Shown here piece by piece: positions 12,041-24,352 of a stretch of 64,000 nucleotides of DNA. The stretch is from the NCBI GenBank assembly GCA_028826165.1, contig JAPDFW010000092.1:62001-126000 (forward strand), given 5' to 3'. The notes below the pieces were generated by a model, which was not told the origin of the DNA, did no database searches, and worked only from the letters and a program-made list of their open reading frames with translations. Position 1 is the first letter of the stretch; every line of letters starts with the position of its first letter. The stretch is from Anaeramoeba ignava BMAN. Taxonomy: Eukaryota; Protista; Anaeramoebae. A program made the position numbers and the translations under genes.

Positions 12041-13807
12041 ATGAATGAAATTTTATTTTTTGGTTCAAATCAATATCCAAAATTTATCAAAAATGAACCA
12101 AATAAAATAATAAAACCAACTCAATTTAAATTTGAAAATGAAAATGAAAATGAAAAACAAATTAAACAAATTTCATCATGTTTTTCGAGAACAATTTTTC
12201 TTTTTAAAAATGGAAAAGCAATAGAATATTTAAAATATCCAAATAAAAAACCTGAAAAAATCCAAATTGAAGATAATATTCAAAAAGTAACTGTTGGTGT
12301 TCATAATGAAGCTATTTTAACAAAAGAAGGAAATGTATTTGCAAAAGGAATTGATATTAATACAAATAATCCGAATGAATTTATCAATATTTCATCATTA
12401 ATTGAAGATACAAATGATAGAATAATTGAAGATATTGTTTCTGGATATAATTCAATTTACTTATTAACTTCGAATAAAAATGTTTATGGAATTGGTTCAA
12501 ATGAAGATGGTCAACTTGGTTTTGATTCTAAAACACTTCCAGAAACAGAAAAACCAATTTTAATGATGAAAAATGTTTCTAAAATATTTTCAGGAAATTC
12601 TTCAAATCATGTTTTTCTTTTAAATTCAAATCAAGAATTATTTGGATGCGGAAATAATCAATTTTGGAAACTTGGATTAGGAGAATCAAGAAAATATGAA
12701 ACAAAAATCCAAGAATTAACCAAAATCCAAAATATTCCAAAAGGTAAAATAATTGATATTCAATGTGGAAATAATCATTCAATAATGTTGATTGAAAATG
12801 AAAATGAAGATGAAAATGGAAAAAGGAAACTTTATTCATGTGGATATTCTCAATATAATGGACTTGGCAAAAATGAATATATTTATGAATTTACTGAACT
12901 TAAATCATCTTTATTTGAAGATAATAATATTCTTGAAATTTCTGTTGGAGATACACATAATTTGATATTAACTTCTAATTCAAAATTGATTGGATTTGGA
13001 AATAATTATGATGGTCAATTAGGAACTGGAGATACAAATAATCAATCAATTCCAATTGAAATTGAACTTCCTAAATTAAGATTTAATGAAAACATTTCCA
13101 ATTATCATATTTCTTGTGGATATAACAATTCATTTATTTATTATTCTCCTCCTTTTTCTAATCTTGAAGAAGATTTGATAAAACTATTTAGAAGAAAAGA
13201 ATTTTGTAATATTTCATTTAAAACCAAAAATGGAGAAATAATTGAAGCTCATAAATTAATATTGAAATATAGATTAAATCAAAATCAAAATGAAATTGAA
13301 AAACTTCAAGAAATTATTTCAAATAAATCAATTCAAGAATCAAATCAAATATTTGAAATGATTTATTCAAACAGAATAATAAATCCAAAATTATATTATG
13401 AAATTAAAGAAATTATAAATTCAAATGAAAAAATTGAAGAAACAATGAAAAGAATTTATTTAAATGAAAATGAAAAAGATTTTATTATTGAAAGAAAAGA
13501 AAAGAAATATAAATTTCCAAAATTAATATTAATAATGAGAAGTAAATTATATCGAGGAATGTTTTTATCTGTAAAAGAAGATAAATCTAATAAAGTTACA
13601 GATTATAGTGAATTAAGTAATAAATCATTTCAAATATTTGAATATTGGATTTATTCAAATCAAATTAAAAATGAAATTCAAATTACACAAGAAATAATTA
13701 ATGAAATTAAAATTGGAATTGATTATTTTCAATTAAATCAAACAAATCCAAATTTATTTGATTTATTAATTAACAAGTTTAATAATCAAAATAAAAATAA
13801 AAATTAA
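12041..13807 (+). CDS. RCC1-repeat + tandem BTB-like protein, copy 1 (588 aa)
   Basis: RCC1 motifs (GSNEDGQLG, ISVGDTHNLIL, GNNYDGQLGTGD) and BTB-like motifs (FCNISF..AHKLIL; FPKLILIMRS..YWIYS). The ATG at 12041 matches the start of copy 2. Confidence 0.9.
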   Translation: MNEILFFGSNQYPKFIKNEPNKIIKPTQFKFENENENEKQIKQISSCFSRTIFLFKNGKAIEYLKYPNKKPEKIQIEDNIQKVTVGVHNEAILTKEGNVFAKGIDINTNNPNEFINISSLIEDTNDRIIEDIVSGYNSIYLLTSNKNVYGIGSNEDGQLGFDSKTLPETEKPILMMKNVSKIFSGNSSNHVFLLNSNQELFGCGNNQFWKLGLGESRKYETKIQELTKIQNIPKGKIIDIQCGNNHSIMLIENENEDENGKRKLYSCGYSQYNGLGKNEYIYEFTELKSSLFEDNNILEISVGDTHNLILTSNSKLIGFGNNYDGQLGTGDTNNQSIPIEIELPKLRFNENISNYHISCGYNNSFIYYSPPFSNLEEDLIKLFRRKEFCNISFKTKNGEIIEAHKLILKYRLNQNQNEIEKLQEIISNKSIQESNQIFEMIYSNRIINPKLYYEIKEIINSNEKIEETMKRIYLNENEKDFIIERKEKKYKFPKLILIMRSKLYRGMFLSVKEDKSNKVTDYSELSNKSFQIFEYWIYSNQIKNEIQITQEIINEIKIGIDYFQLNQTNPNLFDLLINKFNNQNKNKN

Positions 13808-14087
13808 AATTAAAATTAAAATCAAAATTAAAATTAAAATCAAAATTAAAATCAAAATTAAAATCAAAAATTTAAAATTAAAATTAAAATTAAAATTAAA
13901 ATTAAAATTAAAATTAAAATTAAAATTAAAATTAAAATTAAATTTAAAATTAAAATTAAAATTAAAATTAAAATTAAAATTAAAATTAAAATTAAAATTA
14001 AAATTAAAATCAAAATTAAAATTAAAATTAAAATTAAAATCTAAAATTAAAATTAAAATTAAAATTAAAATCAAAATTAAAATTAAA
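13800..14087 (+). repeat. (AAAATT/AAAATC)n tract starting at the stop codon
   Basis: Direct reading. Confidence 0.95.
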
Positions 14088-14125
14088 AAGCAAAAAAAAT
14101 TTTTTCATTTTTTTCTTTTTATAAA

Positions 14126-15919
14126 ATGAATGAAATTTTATATTTTGGTGAAAATTATTATCCAAAACTTATAAAAAATGAGCCAATGAGAATAACAAAA
14201 CCAATTCAATTTAAATTTGAAAATGAAAATGAAAATGAAAATGGAAATGAAAATGAAAAACAAATTAAACAAATTTCATCAGGTTTTTTTTCAACAATTT
14301 TCCTTTTTAAAAATGGAAAAGCGATAGAATATTTAACTCAAAAAGATTTAAATCAAAATCCTGAAGAAATCCAAATTGAAGAAAATATTCAAAAAGTAAC
14401 TGTTGGTGTTCTAAATGAAGCTATTTTAACAATAGAAGGAAATGTATTTGCCAAAGGAAAAGATATTAATCCAAATAATCCAAAAGAATTTATCAATATT
14501 TCATCATTAATTGAAGATACAAATGATAGAATAATTGAAGATATTGTTTCTGGATATAATTCAATTTACTTATTAACTTCAAATCAAAATGTTTATGGAA
14601 TTGGTTTAAATCAATATGGTCAACTTGGTTTTGATTCTAAAGCATTTCAAAAAACAGAAAAACCAATTTTAATGATGAAAAATGTTTCTAAAATATTTTC
14701 AGGAAATTCTTCACTTCATGTTTTTCTTTTAAATTCAAATCAAGAATTATTTGGATGCGGAAATAATGAATTTGGGAAACTTGGATTAGGAGAATCAAGA
14801 AGAAATGAAACTGAAATCCAAAAATTAACCAAAATCCAAATAAAAAACATCCCAAAAGGTAAAATAATTGATATTCAATGTGCATATGAATATTCAATAC
14901 TTTTTATTGAAGATGAAAATCAAAATCAAAATCCAAAAAGAAAACTTTATTCATGTGGGAGAAATCTATATAATGGACTTGGCCAAAATGATGAAAATGC
15001 TTATGAATTTACTGAAATCAAATCATCTTTATTTGAAAATTATAATAATATTCTTGATATTTCTGTTGGAAATGGTCATACTTTGATTTTAACTTCAAAT
15101 TCAAAATTGATAGTATTTGGAAATAATTCTTATGGTCAATTAGGAATTGGAAATACAAAAAATCAACCAATTCCATTTCAAATTGAACTTCCTAAATTAA
15201 GATTTAATGAAGATATTTCCAATTATCATATTTCTTGTGGATATCACAAATCATTTCTTTATTATTCTCCTTCTTTTTCTAATCTTGAAGAAGATTTGAT
15301 AAAACTATTTCGAAGAAAAGAATTTTGTAATATTTCATTTAAAACCGAAAATGGAGAAATAATCAAAGCTCATAAATTAATATTGAAATATAGATTAAAT
15401 CAAAATCAAAATGAAATTGAAAAACTTGAAGAAATTATTTCAAAAAAATCAATTAAAGAATCAAATCAAATATTTGAAATGATTTACTCAAACAACCCAA
15501 GAATAAATCCAAAATTATATTTTGAAATTAAAGAAATTATAAATTCAAATGAAAAAATTGAAGAAACAATGAAAAGAATTTATTTAAATGAAAATGAAAA
15601 AGATTTTATTATTGAAAGAAAAGAAAAACAATATAAATTTCCTAAATTAATATTAATAATGAGAAGTGAATTATATCGAGGAATGTTTTTATCTGTAACA
15701 GAAGATACTTCTAATAAAGTTACAGATTATAGTGAATTAAGTAATAGATCATTTCAAATATTTGAATATTGGATTTATTCAAATCAAATCAAAGATGAAA
15801 TTAAAATTACACAAGAAATTATTAATGAACTTCAAATTGGAATTGATTATTTTCAATTAAATCAAACAAATCCAAATTTATTTGATTTATTAATTAACAA
15901 ATTTAATAATCAAAATTAA
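14126..15919 (+). CDS. RCC1-repeat + tandem BTB-like protein, copy 2 (597 aa)
   Basis: Close tandem paralogue of 12041-13807. Confidence 0.92.
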   Translation: MNEILYFGENYYPKLIKNEPMRITKPIQFKFENENENENGNENEKQIKQISSGFFSTIFLFKNGKAIEYLTQKDLNQNPEEIQIEENIQKVTVGVLNEAILTIEGNVFAKGKDINPNNPKEFINISSLIEDTNDRIIEDIVSGYNSIYLLTSNQNVYGIGLNQYGQLGFDSKAFQKTEKPILMMKNVSKIFSGNSSLHVFLLNSNQELFGCGNNEFGKLGLGESRRNETEIQKLTKIQIKNIPKGKIIDIQCAYEYSILFIEDENQNQNPKRKLYSCGRNLYNGLGQNDENAYEFTEIKSSLFENYNNILDISVGNGHTLILTSNSKLIVFGNNSYGQLGIGNTKNQPIPFQIELPKLRFNEDISNYHISCGYHKSFLYYSPSFSNLEEDLIKLFRRKEFCNISFKTENGEIIKAHKLILKYRLNQNQNEIEKLEEIISKKSIKESNQIFEMIYSNNPRINPKLYFEIKEIINSNEKIEETMKRIYLNENEKDFIIERKEKQYKFPKLILIMRSELYRGMFLSVTEDTSNKVTDYSELSNRSFQIFEYWIYSNQIKDEIKITQEIINELQIGIDYFQLNQTNPNLFDLLINKFNNQN

Positions 15920-16140
15920 AATTAAAATTAAAATTAAAATCAAAATTAAAATTAAAATCAAAATTAAAATTAAAATTAAAATTAAAATTAAAATTAAAAT
16001 TAAAATTAAAATTAAAATTAAAATTAAAATTAAAACCAAAATTTAAATTAAAATTAAAATTAAAATTAAAATTAAATTTAAAATTAAAATTAAAATTTCA
16101 AAATTAATATTAAAATTAAAATTAAAATTAAAATTAAAAT
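15912..16140 (+). repeat. (AAAATT)n tract starting at the stop codon
   Basis: Direct reading. Confidence 0.95.
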
Positions 16141-16185
16141 CAAATTTCATTTTTTTTCATTGCTTTTTCATTTCCAAAATTACAA

Positions 16186-17343
16186 ATGGAATCAAAATTT
16201 TCTTTTGAATTAAATTTTGAAGATTTATTACCTGATGATCCTTGTGCATTAGTTGTTGACAATGGATCATATCTAACAAAAGCAGGATTTGCAGGAGATG
16301 ATGCACCAAGAGCAGTTTTCTCAACAATAATAGGAAGACCCAAACATTATGGAATTATGATAGGAATGGGACAAAAAGATACATATATTGGAGATGAAGC
16401 ACAATCCAAAAGAGGAATATTAACAATAACTTATCCAATAGAAAATGGAATAATTCAAAATTTTGATGATATCCAAAGAATTTGGCATCATACTTTTTAT
16501 AATGAATTGTGCATTTCTCCTGATTATCATCCTGTTTTATTATCTGATGTTTCTCTTAATCCAAAAATAAATAAAGAAAAAATCACTCAAATTATGTTTG
16601 AAACATTTGATATCCCTTCCTTATATCTTGAAAATCAAGCATTTTTATCCTTAATTTCAAATGGAAAAACAACAGGAATTGTTGTTGAAATGGGAGGTGG
16701 AGTGATTCAAATTGTCCCTATTTATCAAGGATTTATTTTATCAGATTCAATAGTCAAATTCAATTTGACAGGAAGAAAAATAACCGATTATTTAATCAAA
16801 ATTTTGAATGAAAAAGGATATGAATTTAAAACAACATCTCAATTAGAAATTGCTAATGATATTAAAGAAAAATTATGTTATGTTGCTTTGGATTTTGATC
16901 AAGAAATGAAGAAAAAAGAAAAAACAATTGAAAAGAATTATGAATTGCCTGATGGTAAAGTTCTTGTCATTGGAAATCAAAGATTTCGATGTTCTGAAGT
17001 TTTATTTCAACCTTCTTTAATTGAAATGAATGAATCAGGAATTCATCAAAAAATTTATGATTCAATTATGAAATGTGATCGCGAAATTCAACAAGATCTA
17101 TTTTCAAATATTATTCTTTCAGGAGCTACTTCAATGCTTCCTGGAATTAAAGAAAGATTGGAAAAAGAAATTAATCAATTAACTCCAAAAAATTCCAAAT
17201 GCAAAATTTTTTCTCCTTCTGAAAGAAAATATTCTGTTTGGATTGGTGGATCTATTTTTGCTTCTATTCAAAATTCTTTAAGTACTTTTATTCAAAAAAC
17301 GGATTATGATGAATTTGGACTTTCAATTATTCACAAAAATTAA
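16186..17343 (+). CDS. Divergent actin paralogue, 385 aa, intronless
   Basis: Motifs [53 protein letters not shown] and [12 protein letters not shown]. Confidence 0.95.
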   Translation: MESKFSFELNFEDLLPDDPCALVVDNGSYLTKAGFAGDDAPRAVFSTIIGRPKHYGIMIGMGQKDTYIGDEAQSKRGILTITYPIENGIIQNFDDIQRIWHHTFYNELCISPDYHPVLLSDVSLNPKINKEKITQIMFETFDIPSLYLENQAFLSLISNGKTTGIVVEMGGGVIQIVPIYQGFILSDSIVKFNLTGRKITDYLIKILNEKGYEFKTTSQLEIANDIKEKLCYVALDFDQEMKKKEKTIEKNYELPDGKVLVIGNQRFRCSEVLFQPSLIEMNESGIHQKIYDSIMKCDREIQQDLFSNIILSGATSMLPGIKERLEKEINQLTPKNSKCKIFSPSERKYSVWIGGSIFASIQNSLSTFIQKTDYDEFGLSIIHKN

Positions 17344-17399
17344 TTTTCATTTTTTTCTTTTTCAAATGATTTAAAAAATCAGAATAAATTTTATTGTGA

Positions 17400-19131
17400 T
17401 CATTTTTTTATTTGCCTTTTAAATTCTTCTTTAACTAAATCCAATAAATTTGGATTTGTTTGATTTAATTGAAAATAATCAATCGCTCTTTGAATTTCAT
17501 CAATTATTTCTTGTGTAATTTGAATATCTTCTTGAATTTGATTTGAATAAATCCAATATTCAAATAATTTGAAATGATTTATTACTTAATTCACTATAAT
17601 CTGTAACTTTATTTGATTTATCATTTATTACAGATAAAAACATTCCTCGATATAATTCACTTCTCATTATTAATATTAATTTTGGAAATTTATATTTCTT
17701 TTCTTTTCTTTCAATAATAAAATCTTTTTCATTTTCATTTAAATAAATTCTTTTCATTGTTTCTTCAATTTTTTCATTTGAATTTATAATTTCTTTAATT
17801 TCAGAATATAATTTTGGATTTATTTTGGAATTGTTTGAATAAATCATCCCAAATATTTGATATGATTCTTGAATTGATTTTTTTGAAATAATTTCTTGAA
17901 GTTTTGCAATTTGATTTTGATCTTTTAATCTATATTTCAATATTAATTTATGAGCTTCAATCTTTTTATTGGGATTAATTGTATTAAATGAAATATCACA
18001 AAATTCTTTTCTTTTAAATAGTTTTATCAAATCATATTGGAGATTTGTTAACCAAGAGAAATAAATGAATGAATTATATTCTCCACAAGAAATATGAAAC
18101 TTAGTAATGCTATTAGTAGATATGAAAGTAGGAAGTTCAATTTGAATTGGAATTGATTGATCTTTTGTATCCCCATTCCCTAATTGACCGTAATAATTCC
18201 CACCAAATACAAACAGTTTATTCTTTACTGTTAAAATTAAATTATGAGTGTTTCCAACAGCAAATCGAGCAATATTCTCATTTTCAAATAAAGATGATTT
18301 GATTTCAGTAAATTCATAAGTATTTTCATCTTCGCCAAGTCCATTATATTGGAAATGACCTGAAGAATAAAGTTTTCTTTTTGGATTTTCGTCTTCATCT
18401 TCAATCAACATTATTGAATGAAAAGTCCCACATTTAATATCAAGTATTTTACCTTTTGGAATATTTTGGATTGGATCTAAAGCATGTATTTTTTTTCTAC
18501 GAGATCCAAGTTGACCACATTCATTATCGCCACATCCAAATAATTCTTGATTTGAATTTAAAACAAAATAAAACTTTGAAGAATTTCCTGAAAATATTTT
18601 AGAAACATTTTCCATTCTTAACAACAGAGTCCTTTTTATTTCAATCACAGACAAATTTTGGGTTGGAATATATGGAACTAAATTCATTATATATAGATTC
18701 CTACTTGAGCTTAATAAATAGATTGAACTTCTTGAAGAAACAACATTTTCAATCATTCTATCATTTGTATCGTGGATTTCTTCTGAAATATTTGTGAATT
18801 GATTTGAATTTTGTGGATTGATTTCTTTTCCTTTTCCAAATACTTTCCCTTCTTTTGTTAAAACAGCTTCATTTTCAGAACTAATAGATACTTTTTGAAT
18901 ATTTTCAATTTGGATTTTTTTATTTTGTTTTGAATAATTTAAATATTCATTTGCTTCTCCATTTTCAAAAAGGAAAATTGTTGAAAATTTTCCTGATGAA
19001 ATTTTTATTAATGAAGTATCTGAATCAGATATACTTAATTGGATAGGTTTTTTAATAATCTCAGTTACATCTTCAATTAAAAAACCATTTCTATTTTGTC
19101 CAAAAAACCAAACATAATTTCTTAATGACAT
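17400..19131 (-). CDS. RCC1-repeat + tandem BTB-like protein, copy 3, with an apparent 1-nt frameshift near 17565
   Basis: Paralogous to copies 1 and 2. After KSFQ the conserved FEYWIYSNQI..IDYFQLNQTNPNL continues in another frame to TGA at 17400-17402. Confidence 0.85.
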
Positions 19132-19182
19132 TTTTTTTTTTAAATAAAAATGAAAAATGAAAAATAAAAAGTGAAAAAAAAA

Positions 19183-21766
19183 TTATTTTTGGAAAGGTTC
19201 AATTTTTGTTGATAATCTCCATTGTTCATCCTCATTGGAAATTATTGTTTCTTTTGCTAAAGAATCCCAAATATCAGTTTGATAAGAAAAATCATAAGCA
19301 AAAGATTGGAAATATTGAATCTTTTTGATTGTAACAAATAATCTTCTTTTTTTAGCCCAATTCACTAATCCATTTCCAAGAAAATTAGCAAGTTCTTCAA
19401 TAATTGTCAAATCGGAAAGATATAACCCAAGGAAAGGAACTAAAGGAGGTGCGCCATCCTCAAATGCTTCTCTTAATTTTTTCGAACCACCAATAGCACC
19501 AGTTAAATCATCCAATTCTTGATAAACTTGCGAAATTTTTTGAGATAATTTATTCCAAGTTTTCGACAATCTGTGAACAGCTGAGTTTTGGATCCCTCCT
19601 AAAAATGCCATTAAATCATTGAAGTTTTGGAATGAACGAAGAGAAGCGGCAATTTGAATTATTCTCGTTAACAATTTAGCTCTTTTTGACAAGTTGTTTG
19701 TTTTCAATATCTTTGTTGAAACCCAATCGGAAATAAGATTGAATCTCTGGATCATTTGGATCACATTTGGAGCTTGTTTTTCTCTATTCTTTTCTGTCCA
19801 AGCTCCGTCAAATAGTTCTTTGTTCTGAATCTTGAAAAAAAGCTGTTGAGAACTATAACTTAATCTTTGTGCAATTTCATTATCTGATAAATCAAAGATA
19901 TTAAACTTTGTTGGAGGTAAAAGAAGTTTGGTTAATTTCTCCTTTCTTGATGACAAACTTCTTCCAATAAATTCCTTGATGATATCTGTAATTGCGATTA
20001 TTTCTTTATCTGCATTTTCGTAATCAATTTGTTGGCAAAATTCTAAAATCATTGATTTTGCTGTTTGAGAAATGGTTTGTGAATTTGTTTCCGAAATGAA
20101 TTGGAATGTTTTCAAAACACACTTTTGGATTTGAAAGACTTCCAGATCTGAATAATTTTCTTCTGTGTTTGGCTTAGTATCTGGAACATTAAAGATTTGG
20201 ATTAATTTTTGAATGAAAATTATTGGATCAACAATTGTTGGTAAAACTTCAACAAATAATTCCACAAATATTGGTGAAAAACTCGATGGATTTGTGAGAA
20301 TTTCTATGGATTTATTGAGACTTGCAGCTCTGATTTTTTCGATTGTTTTGGGATAATCCTCTTCTTCATCATCTTCATTATCGTTATCATTATTTTTCTG
20401 TTTATTCTTTTCTCTTTGTTTCTTTTCAAATTGATACATAAAATAAACAAAACTGAAATCATTATCTTTTTTCATTTTCTCGTTTTCATTTGTTGTGTTT
20501 TCATCATTTTCCCAAATGATATTTTCTTTTTCGTTTTGTAATTCTTCCCAAATATCGTTTTCAATTGAAATGACTTTTGATGATTGAATCTTAATTTTTT
20601 GTTTTTGTGATTTTGATTGATTTCTTGAAGAAGTATCGACTTGATGTTTGACTTGAACAAGTTTCAAATAAGAATGAGGTTTAACTCCTTGGCTTTGGAG
20701 TGATGAATTACTTTTCAAATTTATCAATTCTTCCACATTATCTTTATCATATAAATCTTGTTTCTTTTTTTTCTTTTTGAATTCAACTAAAAGCAAAGAA
20801 TAACTAACTGGTTTGTTATTTCTTAGTTTAGGAAGTTCCAAAAATCTACAAAATTGTTCAACTAAAATATCACAAGAGATTGTTAAATCAATCATTAATT
20901 CAATTTCTTTAAGAGGATATCTAGTTCTCATATCAGAAACTGAGAGTATTTCTGGATAAATGAGAGTAAAATGAGAAGGTTTAGGTTGGAAAGTGAACCA
21001 AGTGTATCCATTAACCTAATTTAAAAATGAATATAAAATAAATATTAAAATGAATATTTAAATTCAAAATTATTACAAAAATAGTTTGGAAAAAATAAGA
21101 AAATAAAGTCCTTTTATATCCAGGTTCAAGCCATATTCCAAATCCATAACTACATCTTAAAAGATGATTCAATGTCTTCATATCATTTGATTTTTCGCTC
21201 AAAGGAAGAAAAGTAGCTTGTTTTTGTTTGATTTCATCAGTCAAATCTTTTTTTGGACTATAATGAATAAATAAACCATAATCATCCATTGAAACATTTC
21301 TATCTTGACAAATTTGTTTGAGAACATAAGCAACACTTGAGTTACAAGGAAACATAATTATATCTTCACCTGGCTCATGAAGATTTTGGGAAATAACAAC
21401 TGGAATATCTTTTTTGGAAACTTCAATCATTCTTAAATAACGATCATAATATTTATTGATTGGTTGGTTTTTTGGTAATATTTTGGCATCAAAATGGATC
21501 CCAATATGCTCGTTTTCTTCCAATTCATTGATTTTTAATTTAGTGGAATAAATCTCATTTTTTTTCACTTCTTCTTCTGAATTTCCAAAAAGAAAATTTA
21601 ATATATCATTTGTTGTTATTATTTTTGGATTGCAAACTATTTTGTGCATTTCATTATTTTGATCGAAAATTGGGATTATTTTGAATTCTTTTGGTAGTTC
21701 TTTTGTATCAATCTCATTTTCAAAATGAATTGAATTTGATAATAGATTTTGATTTAGATTTGTCAT
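19183..21766 (-). CDS. RasGEF (REM + CDC25) with N-terminal talin F0/F1-like ubiquitin-fold domains, about 840 aa. Exons 21766-21077, 21015-19183
   Basis: REM IRAASLNKSIEILT; CDC25 motifs RFNLISDWVSTKIL, QNFNDLMAFLGGIQNSAVHRLSKTW, PLVPFLGLYLSDLT and GLVNWAK. A 61-nt GT-AG intron joins the two listed ORFs in frame. Confidence 0.88.
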
Positions 21767-21944
21767 TAAAAAAATAGCAAATAAAAAATGAAAAGAAAAA
21801 AATTGAAATAAAATTTTTTGCTTTTTTTTTTTTTAAAAAAACGGAAAAATAAGGAAAAAAGTGGATTTTATATTGAGATGTAAAATCAAATCAAATCTAA
21901 ATAGGAATCTAATTTGTGTGTTTTTTTTTCTTAATCTTAATTAA

Positions 21945-22965
21945 TTATTTGATAAAATTTGGATCAAGCATTGAACCAAAAAGAAGATTCTTTGCAATTT
22001 CATAACGAGCAATATTTGAAATAGTTTTTGAAATTTCTTCAACTCTTTTAGAAACAATCAATTTTCTAATTGGATAAGAATAAAAAGAATTTTCAATTGA
22101 TTCAATTTCTTCTTTTTTAAAAGAATTATTTGATTTTCCTTTTTTTGATTTCATTCTATAGTCAGCATTATATAAAAATTTTTGAGCTTTATTTGAAAAA
22201 TTAAGTAATTCATCTAAACCATCTCTAACAAGACTTAATGATTTTTGAACAAATTTCTGTGAGTTAATATTCACTAAATTGTTTGGAATAAAGTTTTCTG
22301 GTGATAATGAATTTAGAAACATTTTTGTAAGTGTAGAATGAGTAATTTCAATAGGAATTTCTTGATAAATCTTTGATAAAGGCATTTTTGAATAAGAAAG
22401 TCTTTTAAAATTTTCGAAATTATTTATAAAATTTTAGAAATTGAATTTAAAATTTTAGAAATTATTTTTGAAAAATTTACATTCTTTCGTTAAATTTTAA
22501 TGAACCTTTCATTCCCCAATATTTAACAAATTTTGGTAAAAGTCTATAAGCTTTAAAAACACTTGGACCCCAAAATGAAGAAATAGGATCATAAGTAAGA
22601 AAAACAAAATTTGGATTTTGAACTTGAGAATTTAAATGATTTTCAAGAATTTCATCAGAAAAAAATGAACCAAATTGAGAAGTAGTATATAAACCAACAA
22701 TATCTGAATCAAAATTTAATTGAAACAAACTTTTCTGAAATTTTTCTAATTCTCGATTTTCAGTTTGATTTGAATTGAATTCTGAAACTTGTGCTTTAAA
22801 ATTTTGAATATAAGGATGTGAATTTGTAATTTCTAATGTGTTTTTTTGTTCTAATCCAAATAAAATTCCTGATGATGATTCTTTCTTATCTAAATGACAA
22901 TGTTGAATAATTTTCATAATTGTCATTGCATTAATTTTAATAATTTCTATATTAGAATTTTCCAT
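21945..22965 (-). CDS. EIF3H: MPN-domain protein, probably eIF3 subunit H, about 313 aa. Exons 22965-22481, 22401-21945
   Basis: Motifs IMKIIQHC, GILFGL..LEITNS, VGLY, LTYDP..FKAYRL and YQEIPIEITHS; no JAMM motif; 79-nt intron. Confidence 0.72.
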
Positions 22966-23057
22966 TATTTTAAAAAAAAAAATGAAAAATGAAAAATGAA
23001 AAAAAAAATTTTTTTTAAAAGTTTTTATTTAAAAAATATAAAAAGAAAAAACGAAAA

Positions 23058-24350
23058 TTTAATTTGATTTGAATTTGAATTTGATTTGAATTTAATTTAA
23101 TATTTAATTTGAATTTGAATATTTAATTTGAATATTGAATTAAATTATTTAATATTTAATATTTAATATTTAATATTTAATTTGAATTTAATTTGAATAT
23201 TTAATTTGAATTTAATATTTAATTTAGATTTAATTTGAATATTTAATTTGATTTTGATTTAATTTGATTTGAATATTTAATATTTAATTAGATTTGAATT
23301 TAATTTTCATTTTAATTTTCATTTTAATTTGAATTTAATTTGAAAATTTAATTTGAATTTAATTTGAAAATTTAATTTGAATTTAATTTGAAAATTTAAT
23401 TTGAATTTAATTTGAAAATTTAATTATTTAATTTGAATATTTAATTTGAATATTTAATTTGAATATTTAATTTAATTTGAATATTTAATTTGAATTTGAA
23501 TATTTAATATTTAATTTGAATATTTAATTTGAATTTAATTTGAATATTTAATTTGAATTTGAATATTTAATTTATATTTAATTTGAATTTAATATTTAAT
23601 TTAATATTTAATTTGATTTGAATATTTAATTTGAATATTTAATTTGAATTTGAATATTTAATATTTAATTTGAATATTTAATTTGAATTTGAATATTTAA
23701 TTTGATTTGAATTTAATTTAATATTTAATTTGAATTTGAATATTTAATTTGAATATTGAATTAAATTTGAATATTGAATTAAATTTGAATATTTAATTTA
23801 AATATTTAATTTAGATTTAATTTGAATATTTAATTTGATTTGAATATTTAATTTGAATTTAAATATTTAATTTGAATTTGATTTGAATATTTAATTTAAA
23901 TATTTAATTTGAATTTGAATATTTAATTTGAATATTTAATTTAATTTGAATATTTAATTTAATTTAGATTTAATTTAGATTTAAATATTTAATTTGAATT
24001 TAAATATTTAATTTGAATTTGATTTGAATTTAATTTTAATTATTTGGATTTAATTTAGATTTAATTTGAATATTTAATTGAATTTAATATTTAATTTGAT
24101 TTGATTTGATATTTAATTTGAATTTAATTTAATTTGAATATTTAATTTAATTTGAATATTTAATTTGAATTTAATTTGAATTTAATATTTGATTTGAATT
24201 TGATTTGATTTGAATTTGAATATTTAATTTGAATTTAATTTTAATTTGAATTTGAATTTGAATATTTAATTTGATTTTAATTTAGATTTAATTTAGATTT
24301 AATTTGAATTTAATATTTAATTTAATTTGAATTTGATTTGAATTTAATTT
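23058..24350. repeat. Degenerate AATTTGAATATTT-type tract between the RPL10A stop and the eIF3h promoter
   Basis: Direct reading. Confidence 0.9.
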
Positions 24351-24352
24351 TT

